Shown: piece by piece, positions 1-9,114 of the stretch
Layout: each line of letters opens with the position of its first letter
How positions within the stretch are numbered: the first letter of the stretch is position 1
Assembly (NCBI GenBank): GCA_046598415.1
Contig: JBKJIG010000044.1
Coordinates: 852-64,851 of the forward strand
Reading direction: 5' to 3'
DNA: 64,000 bases
Origin: Gaiellales bacterium
GTDB lineage: Bacteria; Actinomycetota; Thermoleophilia; Gaiellales; F1-60-MAGs149
Translations under genes and position numbers: made by a program
Notes under the pieces: generated by a model
Told to the model about the DNA's origin: nothing
What the model saw: the letters and a program-made list of their open reading frames with translations, nothing else
The model's database searches: none

Positions 1-233
1 GGCGCGCCCGCCGACCCCGCCGGCTCGCCCGCGTCGCTGGAGTACGCCGTTCCGTCGTGCAGCCGGAACGCGGGGACGACGTGTGTCGCATCGCGGTGCA
101 GCCGCTCGTGCTCGGCGAAGAACGCCTCCGCCGCGTCGCGCCCCGTCACGGGGACGGCGCGGGCTCGGAACCGCGATCCCCGTTCGCGAATGTCGGCCTC
201 GGCCGGACCTGCGAGCGTCCGAAACGCCTCCAC
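1..233 (-). CDS. YigZ/IMPACT (UPF0029) family protein, N-terminal part; 3' end lies beyond the left edge
   Basis: Not in the ORF track because it runs off the edge. Reverse-strand translation from GTG at 233 gives MEAFRTLAGPAEADIRERGSRFRARAVPVTGRDAAEAFFAEHERLHRDATHVVPAFRLHDGTAYSSDAGEPAGSAGA. This fits the YigZ N-terminal pattern (SRF..a, dAtH.v.A, sdDaGEPaGsAG). Confidence 0.6.
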   Translation of the reverse strand, partial: MEAFRTLAGPAEADIRERGSRFRARAVPVTGRDAAEAFFAEHERLHRDATHVVPAFRLHDGTAYSSDAGEPAGSAGA

Positions 234-304
234 GGCGGCGACAATACCCGCATGAGCACTCTCGAAGGACCGATCGCGCCGGCCCTGCCGACCGGGCACC
301 GGCA

Positions 305-1645
305 CTGACCCGCCGCTTCCACGACCGCGACGGGGTCTCGCCGGCGCTGGCGGCGAGCTTCGCCGCCGTCCGGGCCGAGCTGCACATCGCCGGGCCGTTT
401 CCCGATGCCGTCGAGGAGGCGGCGCGGGCCGCAGCCGCCCGCGGCCCCGCGCCGGCCGACCGCGTCGACCGCACCGACCTGCCATTCGTCACGATCGACC
501 CGCCGGGCAGCAACGACCTCGACCAGGCGCTGCACCTGACCGAGCACGGTGACGGCCTCCGCGTGTACTACGCGATCGCCGACATCGGCGCGTTCGCCGA
601 GCGCGGCGGCGTCATCGAGGAGGAGGCCTGGCAGCGCGGCGTGACCGCGTACGGGCCCGACTACAAGACGCCGGTCTACCCGCCGGCCCTGTCGGAGGGC
701 GCGGCTAGCCTGCTGCCCGGTGGCCCGCGGCCGGCGTTCCTGTTCACCGCCGACCTCGACGCGATCGGCGAGGGCGTCGCCTTCTCGGTCGTGCGGGCGA
801 TGGTGGAGAGCCGGCGCAAGCTCACCTACGCCGAGGCGCAGCGCGAGGGGATGCCGCTGCTGGAGCGCCTCGGCACGCTGCGCGAGGCTCGCGCGAACCT
901 GCGGGGCGCCACGCGGCTCGACCTGCCCGCGCAGGAGGTGGTGCCCGACGACGGCAACCGGTGCGGCTTCCGTCTGCACTGGGAGGAGCGGCTGCCGGTC
1001 GAGGACTGGAACGCGCACGTGTCGCTGCTGGTCGGCATGGGCGCGGCCGAGCAGATGCTCGCGCACGGCCTCGGCCTGCTGCGGGTGATGGACGCGCCCG
1101 ATCCCGAGCGGCTGGCGGCGGCGCAGGCGGCCGCTGCGAAGCTGCAGGCCGTCGCCGCGCTGACCGCCATGCGCCACGCGATGGGACGCGCGCGGTACGC
1201 GTTCTTCGACGGCAAGCCGCCCGAGGAGGCCGCGCACTACGCGCTGGCCGCGCCCTACGCCCACGTGACGGCGCCGATGCGGCGGCTCTGCGACCGCTAC
1301 GTGCTCGAACTGCTCGCCGACGGGCCGGATGTGGAGCTGCGCGCGTCGCTCGCCGGGCTGCCCGAGACGATGGCGAAGGCCGAGGCCCGGGCCGGCCGCC
1401 TGGAGCGTGAGCTGATCGACGCCACGGAGGCCGGCACGCTCGCCGACCGCATCGGCGAACGGTTCACCGCGGTGGTGCTCTCGTCCGACGACCGCGGCGC
1501 CCAGATCCAGATCGAGCAGCCGCCGGTGATCGCCCGGCTCGACACGCCGGCCACGCCCGGGCAGGCGCTCGAGGTGACGCTCGTCGCCGCCGATCCGGCC
1601 ACGCGAGCGATCACGTTTCGAGCTGGCACTCAAGCTCCGGCATGA
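305..1645 (+). CDS. RNB-domain exoribonuclease (RNase II/R-like) with C-terminal S1-like domain
   Basis: Frame of ORF 83..1645. Core motifs: DLPFVTIDPPGSNDLDQALH, YYAIADIGAF, YGPDYKTPVYPP, and C-terminal ERFTAVVLSSDDRGAQIQIEQPPV. The Arg/Pro-rich first ~74 codons overlap the opposite-strand YigZ gene and look non-coding. There is no in-frame ATG or GTG between 234 and the conserved core; CTG at 305 is the only candidate, so the start is uncertain. Confidence 0.75.
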   Translation: MTRRFHDRDGVSPALAASFAAVRAELHIAGPFPDAVEEAARAAAARGPAPADRVDRTDLPFVTIDPPGSNDLDQALHLTEHGDGLRVYYAIADIGAFAERGGVIEEEAWQRGVTAYGPDYKTPVYPPALSEGAASLLPGGPRPAFLFTADLDAIGEGVAFSVVRAMVESRRKLTYAEAQREGMPLLERLGTLREARANLRGATRLDLPAQEVVPDDGNRCGFRLHWEERLPVEDWNAHVSLLVGMGAAEQMLAHGLGLLRVMDAPDPERLAAAQAAAAKLQAVAALTAMRHAMGRARYAFFDGKPPEEAAHYALAAPYAHVTAPMRRLCDRYVLELLADGPDVELRASLAGLPETMAKAEARAGRLERELIDATEAGTLADRIGERFTAVVLSSDDRGAQIQIEQPPVIARLDTPATPGQALEVTLVAADPATRAITFRAGTQAPA

Positions 1646-1748
1646 TTCAACCGATTCAGCAGTTGCAAGTCCGCCGGAGCTCACGCGTCCCCTCGCTCCT
1701 ATCGACTCCGGCGGTCGGGAAGCCCAAGCCCTTCCCCCATCCCCACCC

Positions 1749-1783
1749 GAGGCCGGCGCGTCGCCCCCACGACCGCCGGCCTC
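1749..1783. terminator. Candidate hairpin between convergent RNB and FGGY-kinase genes
   Basis: 10-bp inverted repeat GAGGCCGGCG / CGCCGGCCTC with a ~15-nt loop and no T-tract. Confidence 0.3.
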
Positions 1784-1802
1784 AGGCCTGTCCTGGGCCG
1801 GG

Positions 1803-3314
1803 CTACCGGGTGAAGACGGGTCGCAGGGCGTCGTAGACCGCCCGGTAGCGCGCGTACGCCTCGTCGTAGACGGCGGTGTTGGCGGGGTCGGGCTGCAGCG
1901 CCGCGCCGCCCTGGCGCGACATGGCCGCGGCCGCGGCCGCGACCGTCGGGTAGGCGCCGGCTCCGGCTGCGGCCAGCATGGCGGCACCGCGGGCGGTGGT
2001 CTCGACGTCGGCCGCGGCGGCGACCGGCAGGCCGGTCACGTCTGCGCGGATCTGCCGCCACAGCCGCGATCGCGCGCCGCCGGCGACGCACACGATCTCG
2101 CGTGGCTCGAGGCCCGACGAGCGCATCGCGGCGAGGATGTCGCGCAGCGCGTACGCCGAGCCCTCGAGCAGCGAGCGCAGCAGGTGCGCACGCGTGTGCG
2201 CCGGGGTCAGCCCGTACCAGACGGCACGCGCGTCGGCGTTCCACTCGGGAGCCATCGCGCCCATCAGGCACGGCAGCCAGATGGCTCCCTCCGACCCGGC
2301 GGGCGCCTGGCCGGCGAGCTCGTTCAGCAGCTCGTACACGTCGACGCGCTCCTCGCCCGCCCGATCGAGCTCCTCGCGGCCGAGGTGGTCGCGGAACCAG
2401 CGGTAGGCGCCGCCGGACACGAAGCCCGGGTTCTCGAGCAGCCACGTCTCGGGGTCGGCGTGCGGGTGCAGCTCGACGAGCCGCGTGGGATCGAACACCG
2501 GCTCGGACGTGACGGCGCAGATCGGCTCCGCCGTGCCGATCACGTCGCAGACGGCGCCCGGGTCGACGACGCCGGCGCCGAGCGTCGCGGCCATCTCGTC
2601 GCCGCAGCCGCACACCACCAGCACGCCGGCATCGAGCCCTGTCGCCTCGCGCAGCCAGGGCGCGATGGTGCCGAGCACGCCGTGCGGCGCGACCACCGGC
2701 GCGAGCTGCGCGGGGTCGATGCCGAATGCCTGGCAGATGCCCTCGTGCCAGTCGCGGGCGCGGACGTCGACCAGCATCGAGCTGGAGGCGTTGGACGCGT
2801 CGACGCCGTACGCGCCGGACGCCGCGTGCGCAACGAACGAGCCGGGCAGGAGGAACCGTGCGGTCCGCGCGAACACCTCGGGCTCGCGCTCCCGGATCCA
2901 GGCGATCTTCGCACCGACGTGGCCGCCGTCCAGATTGCAGCCGGTCGTCTCGTAGAGGTGTTCGGGGTCGACGCGCTCGGCCAGGGCGTCGCACACCTCG
3001 TCGCCGCGCCGGTCCATCCAGATGATCGCATCGCGCAGCGGCTCGCCCGCCTCGTCGACGCACACCAGGCCGTCCAGCTGCGCGGCGAACGACAGCGCCA
3101 CGATGCGCGAGCGATCGACGCCGGCGGTCGCCTCGGCGATGGTGCGGCTGAGGGCCGCCAGCCACGCGCGCGGATCCTGCTCGGCCCAGCCGGGCCGCGG
3201 GTAGAGCACGTCGTAGCCCTCGTAGGCGACGGCGAGCATCTCGCCCTGGATGTCGATCAGCTGCGCGCAGGTGCCCTGCGATCCGACGTCGATGCCGAGC
3301 ACCAGGTCGCTCAT
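1803..3314 (-). CDS. FGGY-family carbohydrate kinase (xylulokinase-like)
   Basis: ORF 1803..3314. Contains N-terminal LGIDVGSQGTCAQL, GWAEQDP, IIWMDRR and the C-terminal GGGARSRLWRQIRADVTG pattern typical of FGGY kinases. Its ATGA start overlaps the stop of the upstream GntR gene. Confidence 0.9.
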   Translation of the reverse strand: MSDLVLGIDVGSQGTCAQLIDIQGEMLAVAYEGYDVLYPRPGWAEQDPRAWLAALSRTIAEATAGVDRSRIVALSFAAQLDGLVCVDEAGEPLRDAIIWMDRRGDEVCDALAERVDPEHLYETTGCNLDGGHVGAKIAWIREREPEVFARTARFLLPGSFVAHAASGAYGVDASNASSSMLVDVRARDWHEGICQAFGIDPAQLAPVVAPHGVLGTIAPWLREATGLDAGVLVVCGCGDEMAATLGAGVVDPGAVCDVIGTAEPICAVTSEPVFDPTRLVELHPHADPETWLLENPGFVSGGAYRWFRDHLGREELDRAGEERVDVYELLNELAGQAPAGSEGAIWLPCLMGAMAPEWNADARAVWYGLTPAHTRAHLLRSLLEGSAYALRDILAAMRSSGLEPREIVCVAGGARSRLWRQIRADVTGLPVAAAADVETTARGAAMLAAAGAGAYPTVAAAAAAMSRQGGAALQPDPANTAVYDEAYARYRAVYDALRPVFTR

Positions 3315-3982
3315 GCCGGCCCCCGGCGATAGACGGTGAAGTCGAACGCGTCAGCTACGTGGTACTCCTGCGCGGCCGCCAGCGCGGCGTCGGCCTCGTC
3401 GTAGTCGACCTGCCGCAGCTCGAGCAGCGGCGCGCCCTCCGCGACCCCGAGCGCGCCGGCCAGGAACGCGTCGGCGGTGACCGGCCGCAGCGTCGCGACG
3501 CCATGGTTGATGGCCGCGCCGAAGGCGGCATACAGCGACTCGCCGTCCACCGGGGTGCCGGGGCGGACGTAGTCGACCGAGTACACGACCGGGCGGCCGT
3601 CGGCGGTGCGGATGCGGCGGAGGACGAGCGCCTGCTCGATGCCGAGCGCCTCGGTCACCCAGGCGGGCGCGGGCTCCTCTGCCACCGTCCGCGCCAGCGT
3701 CCCCGGTTCCTGCCCGAACGACGCGATCACGTCGGTGACGCCGGCGTTGCGCTCGAGGTTGTTGCGCGGCAGCGGCCGGCCCGTGACGTACGTGCCGGAG
3801 CCGTGCACGCGCCGCACCAGGCCCTCGTCCTCGAGCGCGCGCAGGGCGTCGCGCAGCGTCGGGCGCGAGATGCCGAGCGTCCGCGCCAGATCGGGCTCCG
3901 ACGGCAGTCGCTCGCCCGGCGCGCGGGTGCCGTCGACGATCGCGGTGCGCAGCTCGTCGACCACCTGGCCGACGGCCGTCAT
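3311..3982 (-). CDS. GntR-family transcriptional regulator (HTH plus UTRA-like effector domain)
   Basis: C-terminal 223 codons of ORF 3311..4966, starting MTAVGQVVDELR. HTH: LPSEPDLARTLGISRPTLRDALRALEDEGLVRRVHGSGTYV. The ATG at 3982 overlaps the ADH stop (ATGA). The upstream part of the listed ORF is Arg-rich artefact. Confidence 0.9.
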   Translation of the reverse strand: MTAVGQVVDELRTAIVDGTRAPGERLPSEPDLARTLGISRPTLRDALRALEDEGLVRRVHGSGTYVTGRPLPRNNLERNAGVTDVIASFGQEPGTLARTVAEEPAPAWVTEALGIEQALVLRRIRTADGRPVVYSVDYVRPGTPVDGESLYAAFGAAINHGVATLRPVTADAFLAGALGVAEGAPLLELRQVDYDEADAALAAAQEYHVADAFDFTVYRRGPA

Positions 3983-5028
3983 GGCTGGACGACGACCTTC
4001 AGCACCTCGCCCGCGCGGATCCGGTCGAAGGCCGCGGGCGCCTCGTCGAGCGAGATCACCTCGCTGACGACGCCGCGGATGCCGCCCTCGTCGCGGGCCA
4101 GCATGTCGAGCGCCTGCACCTGGTCGCGGTAGCGCGACGCGTACGAGCCGTGCACCTGCACCTCCTGATAGTGCAGGATGTTGGATGGGAAGCGCATGTG
4201 CGTCGTGCCCTTCGGCAGGCCGCCGAAGAACAGCACCCGGGCCCGCGGCGCGGCCATCTCCATCGCCTGCTCCTGCGCCTTGTCGGACGAGCACGCGACG
4301 ATGACGACGTCGGCACCGAAGTCGTCGGTGGCCTTGCGCACGGCCGCGATGCCGGCGTCGCCGGTAACGTCGAGGTAGTCCATCCGGTCGGCGCCGAGCA
4401 CGCCGTCGGCGAGCGTCAGGCGGTTGGCGGCCGTCTCCAGCAGCAGCACCTGCGCGGCGCCCTGGGCGCGGGCCAGCGCGCAGTGGGCGATGCCGACCGG
4501 GCCGGCGCCGATCACCGCGACGGTCTGGTCGAGGCCGATGCCGATGTCCTTGTGGCCGCAGATGGCGTCGGACAGCGGATCGGTGAAGGTGGCGTGGGCG
4601 GGCGAGAGGCCTTCGGGGATCTTGAAGAGGCCCTTGCAGGCGACCTCGGGGATCGCGACGTATTCGGCGTAGGCACCCTGGAAGTCGAAGCCCATCAGCT
4701 GGTAGTGCAGGCAGATGTGCTCGTTGCCGCTGCGGCACAGGCGGCAGCGGCCGCAGTACAGGGTCGAGATGCAGTGCACCGCGTCGCCGACGGCGACGTG
4801 ACGGGCGTCGTGGGCGTCGGGCCCGATCTCGATCACCTCGCCGGAGATCTCGTGGCCGAGCACCCAGGGCGCCTCGATGCGGCGGTCGCCGTTGAAGAAC
4901 ACCCGGACGTCCGTGCCGCAGATGCCGGTCGCCGTCACCCGCAGGAGCACGCCGTCGCTGGGGCACACCGGGTCGGGGACGGTGCCGAGGGTCATCTTGC
5001 CGGGCCCTTGCCAGATCGCTGCGCGCAA
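3979..5028 (-). CDS. Zn-dependent medium-chain alcohol/polyol dehydrogenase (sorbitol/threonine dehydrogenase-like)
   Basis: ORF 3979..5145 trimmed to TTG at 5028 (MRAAIWQGPGKMTLGTVPDP). Motifs: CGTDV, VLGHEISGEV, structural-Zn cluster CGRCRLCRSGNEHIC, Rossmann VIGAGPVG. Confidence 0.85.
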   Translation of the reverse strand: MRAAIWQGPGKMTLGTVPDPVCPSDGVLLRVTATGICGTDVRVFFNGDRRIEAPWVLGHEISGEVIEIGPDAHDARHVAVGDAVHCISTLYCGRCRLCRSGNEHICLHYQLMGFDFQGAYAEYVAIPEVACKGLFKIPEGLSPAHATFTDPLSDAICGHKDIGIGLDQTVAVIGAGPVGIAHCALARAQGAAQVLLLETAANRLTLADGVLGADRMDYLDVTGDAGIAAVRKATDDFGADVVIVACSSDKAQEQAMEMAAPRARVLFFGGLPKGTTHMRFPSNILHYQEVQVHGSYASRYRDQVQALDMLARDEGGIRGVVSEVISLDEAPAAFDRIRAGEVLKVVVQP

Positions 5029-5083
5029 CGCCTCAACTCCAGTTGTCGGACAACTTGCCGCCCGGGACATTACACTCTCCGGC

Positions 5084-5746
5084 ATGTCCGAGTTCATCTT
5101 CATGCTCACGCGCAACGACGTCACGCTGTCGGATGCCCGCTCCATCTACGCCTCGATCGCCGGTACCGGCCTGCGGCACATCGGCTGCAAAGACGTCGGT
5201 CTGCCCCAGGACGAGCTCAAGGCCTTCATGGATGAGATCCGTGCGAACGGCCACACGTCCTACCTCGAGGTCGTCTCCGAGACCGAGGAGGCCACCCTCC
5301 GCTCGGCCGAGGTGGCCGCCGCGATCGGCCCCGACTACCTGATCGGCGGCACCATCATCGAGCCGATCCAGCAGATCCTCGAGGGCACGTCGATCAAGTT
5401 CTTCCCGTACGTCGGCGAGATCGTCGGCCACCCGTGCCTGCTGCGCGGCTCGGTCGAGCGTATCTGCGACGACGCCCGCAAGGCCGAGGCGGCAGGCGTC
5501 GACGGCATCAACCTGCTCGCGTACCGGTACGACGGCGACGTGCCGGCGCTCGTCCGCGCCGTCTCGGAGGCGACCACGCTGCCGCTCATCTGCGCCGGCT
5601 CGGTCGACTCCGTGGCCCGCATCGAGGAGCTCCGCGACCTCGGCGTCTGGGCGTTCACGATCGGCACCGCCGCCCTCGACGGCGTGATCGTCGAGGGCGC
5701 GCCGCTCTCCGAGCAGCTCAGCGCCACGCTCGCCGCCGCCGGCTAG
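5084..5746 (+). CDS. TIM-barrel (ribulose-phosphate-binding-barrel-like) protein of unknown function
   Basis: ATG at 5084 inside ORF 4877..5746 (MSEFIFMLTRNDVTL). Alternating beta/alpha pattern with C-terminal LPLICAGSVDSVARIEELRDLGVWAFTIGTAAL, resembling phosphate-binding barrels. Divergent from the polyol operon. Exact family not recognised. Confidence 0.7.
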   Translation: MSEFIFMLTRNDVTLSDARSIYASIAGTGLRHIGCKDVGLPQDELKAFMDEIRANGHTSYLEVVSETEEATLRSAEVAAAIGPDYLIGGTIIEPIQQILEGTSIKFFPYVGEIVGHPCLLRGSVERICDDARKAEAAGVDGINLLAYRYDGDVPALVRAVSEATTLPLICAGSVDSVARIEELRDLGVWAFTIGTAALDGVIVEGAPLSEQLSATLAAAG

Positions 5747-5754
5747 CCGGAGCG

Positions 5755-5781
5755 GGCGGGGGAGCCGTGAGCTCCCCCGCC
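5755..5781. terminator. Bidirectional hairpin between convergent genes
   Basis: 11-bp perfect stem GGCGGGGGAGC / GCTCCCCCGCC with a 5-nt loop, placed between stops at 5746 (+) and 5790 (-). Confidence 0.5.
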
Positions 5782-5789
5782 GCACTGCG

Positions 5790-6272
5790 CTACGAGTGGT
5801 GGATGTGGAACGTGAACCGGAACGACGTCGCGTCGATGGCGTGCAGGTCCATCGTGCCGGTGACGTCGCGGTACTTGCCAGTGCCGCCGGTGATGGCCAG
5901 CACGGAGTCGCCGGCGTCGAGGAACGGGCCCTGCACGACGATCTGGCCGCCCTTCAGCGAGTTCGTCCACGAGCACTCGAACGCCACGCCGACGACGGTG
6001 CGGACGCAGCTGCCCTGATCGGTGCCGACCAGCTTCGTGTTCGTCTTGTCGAACAGCTCGTTGCCGAAGGCCAGCGTGTCGCCGATCGAGTCTTTGGGCG
6101 GGGCGTTGTCGACCGTGGTGTCGGTCGTCGCGCGCTCGACGACCGTGATCTTCGAGGCCCGCCGGTCGTTGTCCCTGCCCTTGTGGCCGCCCGCGACGGC
6201 CACCGACCCGAGTGCGACGACCGCGGCTGCGCCGACCAGCAGGCCGGCGACGAGATTGCGCTTGCTCCTCAC
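5790..6272 (-). CDS. Secreted allene-oxide-cyclase/dirigent-like beta-barrel protein
   Basis: ORF 5790..6272. Signal peptide MRSKRNLVAGLLVGAAAVVALGSVAVAG, then GDTLAFGNELFD...GTDQGSC...AITGGTGKYRDVTG, typical of AOC-barrel-like or dirigent-like domains. Confidence 0.75.
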   Translation of the reverse strand: MRSKRNLVAGLLVGAAAVVALGSVAVAGGHKGRDNDRRASKITVVERATTDTTVDNAPPKDSIGDTLAFGNELFDKTNTKLVGTDQGSCVRTVVGVAFECSWTNSLKGGQIVVQGPFLDAGDSVLAITGGTGKYRDVTGTMDLHAIDATSFRFTFHIHHS

Positions 6273-6342
6273 GTTTCCCCCTCATGTCCGTGGTGCGGGG
6301 ACGACTCTACTCTGATGCCGCGAATACGTCGAGAAACGCGAG

Positions 6343-6966
6343 TCAGCGGGCGATGATCACGTGCGTCACGCCGGGGCCATGCATGCCCAGGATGAGCTTC
6401 TTCTCGATATCGGCCGTTCGGCTCGGGCCGCTCTGGAACGCGGCCATCGAGCTGGCGGGCAGCCGCCGCAGCGCCTCGGACAGGCCGCCCACGAGGTTGG
6501 CTGAGTCGACCACGCAGACGTGGCGCGGCGCGATCAGCGCGGCGGCCCGGCCGGCCAGCGCCGTCGTCACGATCGAGCCGGTGGCAGCGACGGCGAGCGC
6601 GCAGCCCGTGACGGTCGCCTCGAGCGCGCCCAGTCGCTCGCGGTCGCCGAACACCTCGGCGTAGGGCGCCGCGTCGATGCCCGTCGCGGCCAGCGCCTGG
6701 CGCACCGGCTCCAGGTACGGGCCGAGGTCGTCGGCCAGCGCCACGCGACGGTCGTCGCCGAGGGCCGCCACGACCGCGGCGGCGACCACGTCCGGCTCGC
6801 ACCGCTCGCACGTTCCCTGCACGGCCTCGAGCTCGAACTGGAACCGCTGGTAGAGCTCGTCGCCGTCCCGCAGCTCGGTATGCACCGCCGGCAGGGTCGT
6901 CACGTCGGGCAGGGCCGGGCCGGGGTTCGCCGCCGCCAGGCGGGCGAGGAACGCCTCGCGCTCCAT
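6343..6966 (-). CDS. lutC: Lactate utilization protein C (LUD domain, YkgG-like)
   Basis: C-terminal 207 codons of ORF 6343..8622, starting MEREAFLARLAAA. LUD-type end: GPSRTADIEKKLILGMHGPGVTHVII. Its ATG overlaps the lutB stop by 1 nt (TGATG). Confidence 0.85.
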   Translation of the reverse strand: MEREAFLARLAAANPGPALPDVTTLPAVHTELRDGDELYQRFQFELEAVQGTCERCEPDVVAAAVVAALGDDRRVALADDLGPYLEPVRQALAATGIDAAPYAEVFGDRERLGALEATVTGCALAVAATGSIVTTALAGRAAALIAPRHVCVVDSANLVGGLSEALRRLPASSMAAFQSGPSRTADIEKKLILGMHGPGVTHVIIAR

Positions 6967-8342
6967 CAGCGGCGCCTCCAGGGCAGCAGCAGGTCGCGGC
7001 CGCGTGTCCACCGGCCGAGGAAGCCCGGTGCGCGGTGGAGCACACCGGAGCGCGCGACCAGCCGCAGCGGGCCGAGCCCGACCGGGCCGCTCAGACGGTA
7101 GAGGAACGGGCGCGACCAGGCGTACGACCAGGCGGTGTAGGCGGTGCGCTCCAGAACGCCCGGGATGCGCCGCTCGGCGCGATCGCGGCGCAGGTCGAGC
7201 AGCAGGTCGTGGATCGGGATCTCGACCGGGCAGATGTCGTCGCACGCTGCGCACAGGCTGGACGCGTGCGCGACCTCCATACCCTCCGCCTGCGGCTTGA
7301 AGAGCGGCGTCAGCACGGCGCCGATCGGCCCGCCGTAGACCCAGCCGTAGGCGTGGCCGCCGACCTGGCGGTAGACGGGGCAGACGTTCTGGCAGGCGCC
7401 GCAGCGGATGCAGTTCAGGATCTCCTGGTAGCCCGTCCCGAGGATCGAAGACCGGCCGCCGTCGACGATCACGACGTGCATCTGCTCGGGCCCGTCGACC
7501 TCGCCCTCGCGCCGTGGCCCGTTGGCCAGGCTGAGGTAGGTCGAGATCGCCTGGCCCGTGCCGCTGGCGGCCAGCATCGGGATCAGCACGCCGAGGTCGT
7601 CGAGGCGCGGCAGGATCCGCTCGACGCCCACCAGGGCGACGTGCACCGGTGGCAGCGACGTGGCCAGCCGGCCGTTGCCCTCGTTGGTGACGAGCACGAC
7701 GGTGCCGGTCTCGGCGACGGCGAAGTTGCAGCCGGTGATGCCGACGTCGGCCTTCAGGAAGCTCTCGCGCAGCTGGGCGCGGGCGAACGCGGTCAGCTCG
7801 GCCGCGGTGTCGTCCAGCTCGCGGCCGGCGAGCTTCGAGAACAGCTCGCGCACCTCGCCCTGCGTCTTGTGGATGATCGGCGCGATCACGTGGCTCGGCC
7901 GGTCGCCGTCGAGCTGCACGACGTACTCGCCGAGGTCGGTCTCGACCACCTCGATGCCGGCCGCCTCGAGCGCCGGGTTGAGCTCGATCTCCTCGCTCAG
8001 CATCGACTTCGACTTCACGGCCAGGCGGGCGCCGGCGTCGTTGCAGATGCCGACCACGATGCGGTTCGCCTCGGCGGCGTCGGCGGCGAAGTGCACCTGC
8101 GTGCCCGCAGCGGCACAGGCGTCGGCGAACTGGGCGACCAGCGCCGGCAGGTTCGCGACGGCATGCGAGCGGATGTCGCGGGAGAGGCGGCGCAGGGCCG
8201 GCCGGTCGTTGTGCTCGAAGCGGTGCCAGAGGTGCGCGACGGTGCCGTCGACGGCGGCGGGGATCGCCTTGCGCTGGAACGGCTTGACGAGCTGTTCGGC
8301 CGCGCGCTCCTCGAACGTGGTGCCGCTCAGATGGTCGCTCAC
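6966..8342 (-). CDS. lutB: Lactate utilization iron-sulfur protein B (LUD plus 2x4Fe-4S)
   Basis: GTG at 8342 (VSDHLSGTTFEER) inside ORF 6966..8966. Ferredoxin motifs CIRCGACQNVCP and CAACDDICP. GTGA overlap with the lutA stop. Confidence 0.9.
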   Translation of the reverse strand: MSDHLSGTTFEERAAEQLVKPFQRKAIPAAVDGTVAHLWHRFEHNDRPALRRLSRDIRSHAVANLPALVAQFADACAAAGTQVHFAADAAEANRIVVGICNDAGARLAVKSKSMLSEEIELNPALEAAGIEVVETDLGEYVVQLDGDRPSHVIAPIIHKTQGEVRELFSKLAGRELDDTAAELTAFARAQLRESFLKADVGITGCNFAVAETGTVVLVTNEGNGRLATSLPPVHVALVGVERILPRLDDLGVLIPMLAASGTGQAISTYLSLANGPRREGEVDGPEQMHVVIVDGGRSSILGTGYQEILNCIRCGACQNVCPVYRQVGGHAYGWVYGGPIGAVLTPLFKPQAEGMEVAHASSLCAACDDICPVEIPIHDLLLDLRRDRAERRIPGVLERTAYTAWSYAWSRPFLYRLSGPVGLGPLRLVARSGVLHRAPGFLGRWTRGRDLLLPWRRR

Positions 8343-9100
8343 GGCAGCGCCTCCGCGAGCAGCGACGCGAGGTGGATCGTGCGCACGGTGGAGCCGGTGC
8401 GCGACAGGCGCCCGCCCAGGTGCAGCAGGCAGCCGCCGTCGCCCGACACCAGCGCGTCGACCTCGGCCGTCGCGACGTCGGCGAGCTTGGAGTCGGCCAT
8501 CGCCACGGACACGTCGGGGTAGCGCACCGAGAACGTGCCGCCGAAGCCGCAGCAGCGGTCGCTCGACGACAGGTCGACGAACTCCAGCCCCTCGACCGCC
8601 TGCAGCAGCTTGCGCGGCGCATCCTTGACCCGCAGCTCGCGCAGGGCGTGGCACGAGTCGTGGTACGCCACGCGCCCCTGCCAGGTGAAGGCTGGTAGCG
8701 GCCGCGCCGCTACCAGCTCCGACCACTCGACGACGCGGGCCGAGACGCCGCGGGCCAGCTCCTCGTCGCGGTCGCCGTGGAACAGCTCGCGCCAGTGCTT
8801 CTTCATCATCGCGCCGCACGAGCCCGAGGGCACGACCACCGGCCCGGTGGTGGCCGCCAGCGCCCGCACCGTGGGGCGGGCGACACGACGCGCGGCGGCG
8901 TCGAAGCCGGAGTTGAACCCCGGCTGCCCGCAGCAGGTCGTGCCCTTCGCGGTGCCGACGTCGCACCCGCAGGCCTCGAGGACCCGCGTCGCGTCGACCA
9001 CCGTCTGCGGCGACATCAGATCGCCCAGGCAGGTCGGGAAAAGGATGACGGGGAGGCGCCCGGTGGGCGCCTCCCCGTCGTTGGTTCCGGTCTCGGCCAT
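8339..9100 (-). CDS. lutA: Lactate utilization protein A ((Fe-S)-binding, CCG-domain, GlcF/YkgE-like)
   Basis: ORF 8339..9100. Two Cys-rich CCG repeats (TTCCGQPGFNSG and DRCCGFGGTFS), plus FPTCLGD. Confidence 0.9.
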   Translation of the reverse strand: MAETGTNDGEAPTGRLPVILFPTCLGDLMSPQTVVDATRVLEACGCDVGTAKGTTCCGQPGFNSGFDAAARRVARPTVRALAATTGPVVVPSGSCGAMMKKHWRELFHGDRDEELARGVSARVVEWSELVAARPLPAFTWQGRVAYHDSCHALRELRVKDAPRKLLQAVEGLEFVDLSSSDRCCGFGGTFSVRYPDVSVAMADSKLADVATAEVDALVSGDGGCLLHLGGRLSRTGSTVRTIHLASLLAEALP

Positions 9101-9114
9101 CTAGCCGCAGAGTA

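Noticed and set aside
146-1987. 613-aa minus-strand ORF opposite the RNB ribonuclease gene. Similar long antisense or off-frame ORFs are 12951..15227, 16065..18260, 40194..41891, 46623..49157, 55888..58113 and 9115..11532 (its N-terminal half).
   Set aside because: All are Arg/Pro/Gly/Ala-rich and low-complexity. Each overlaps a gene with clear family motifs on the other strand or frame. I kept only the motif-bearing frame, trimmed to plausible starts.
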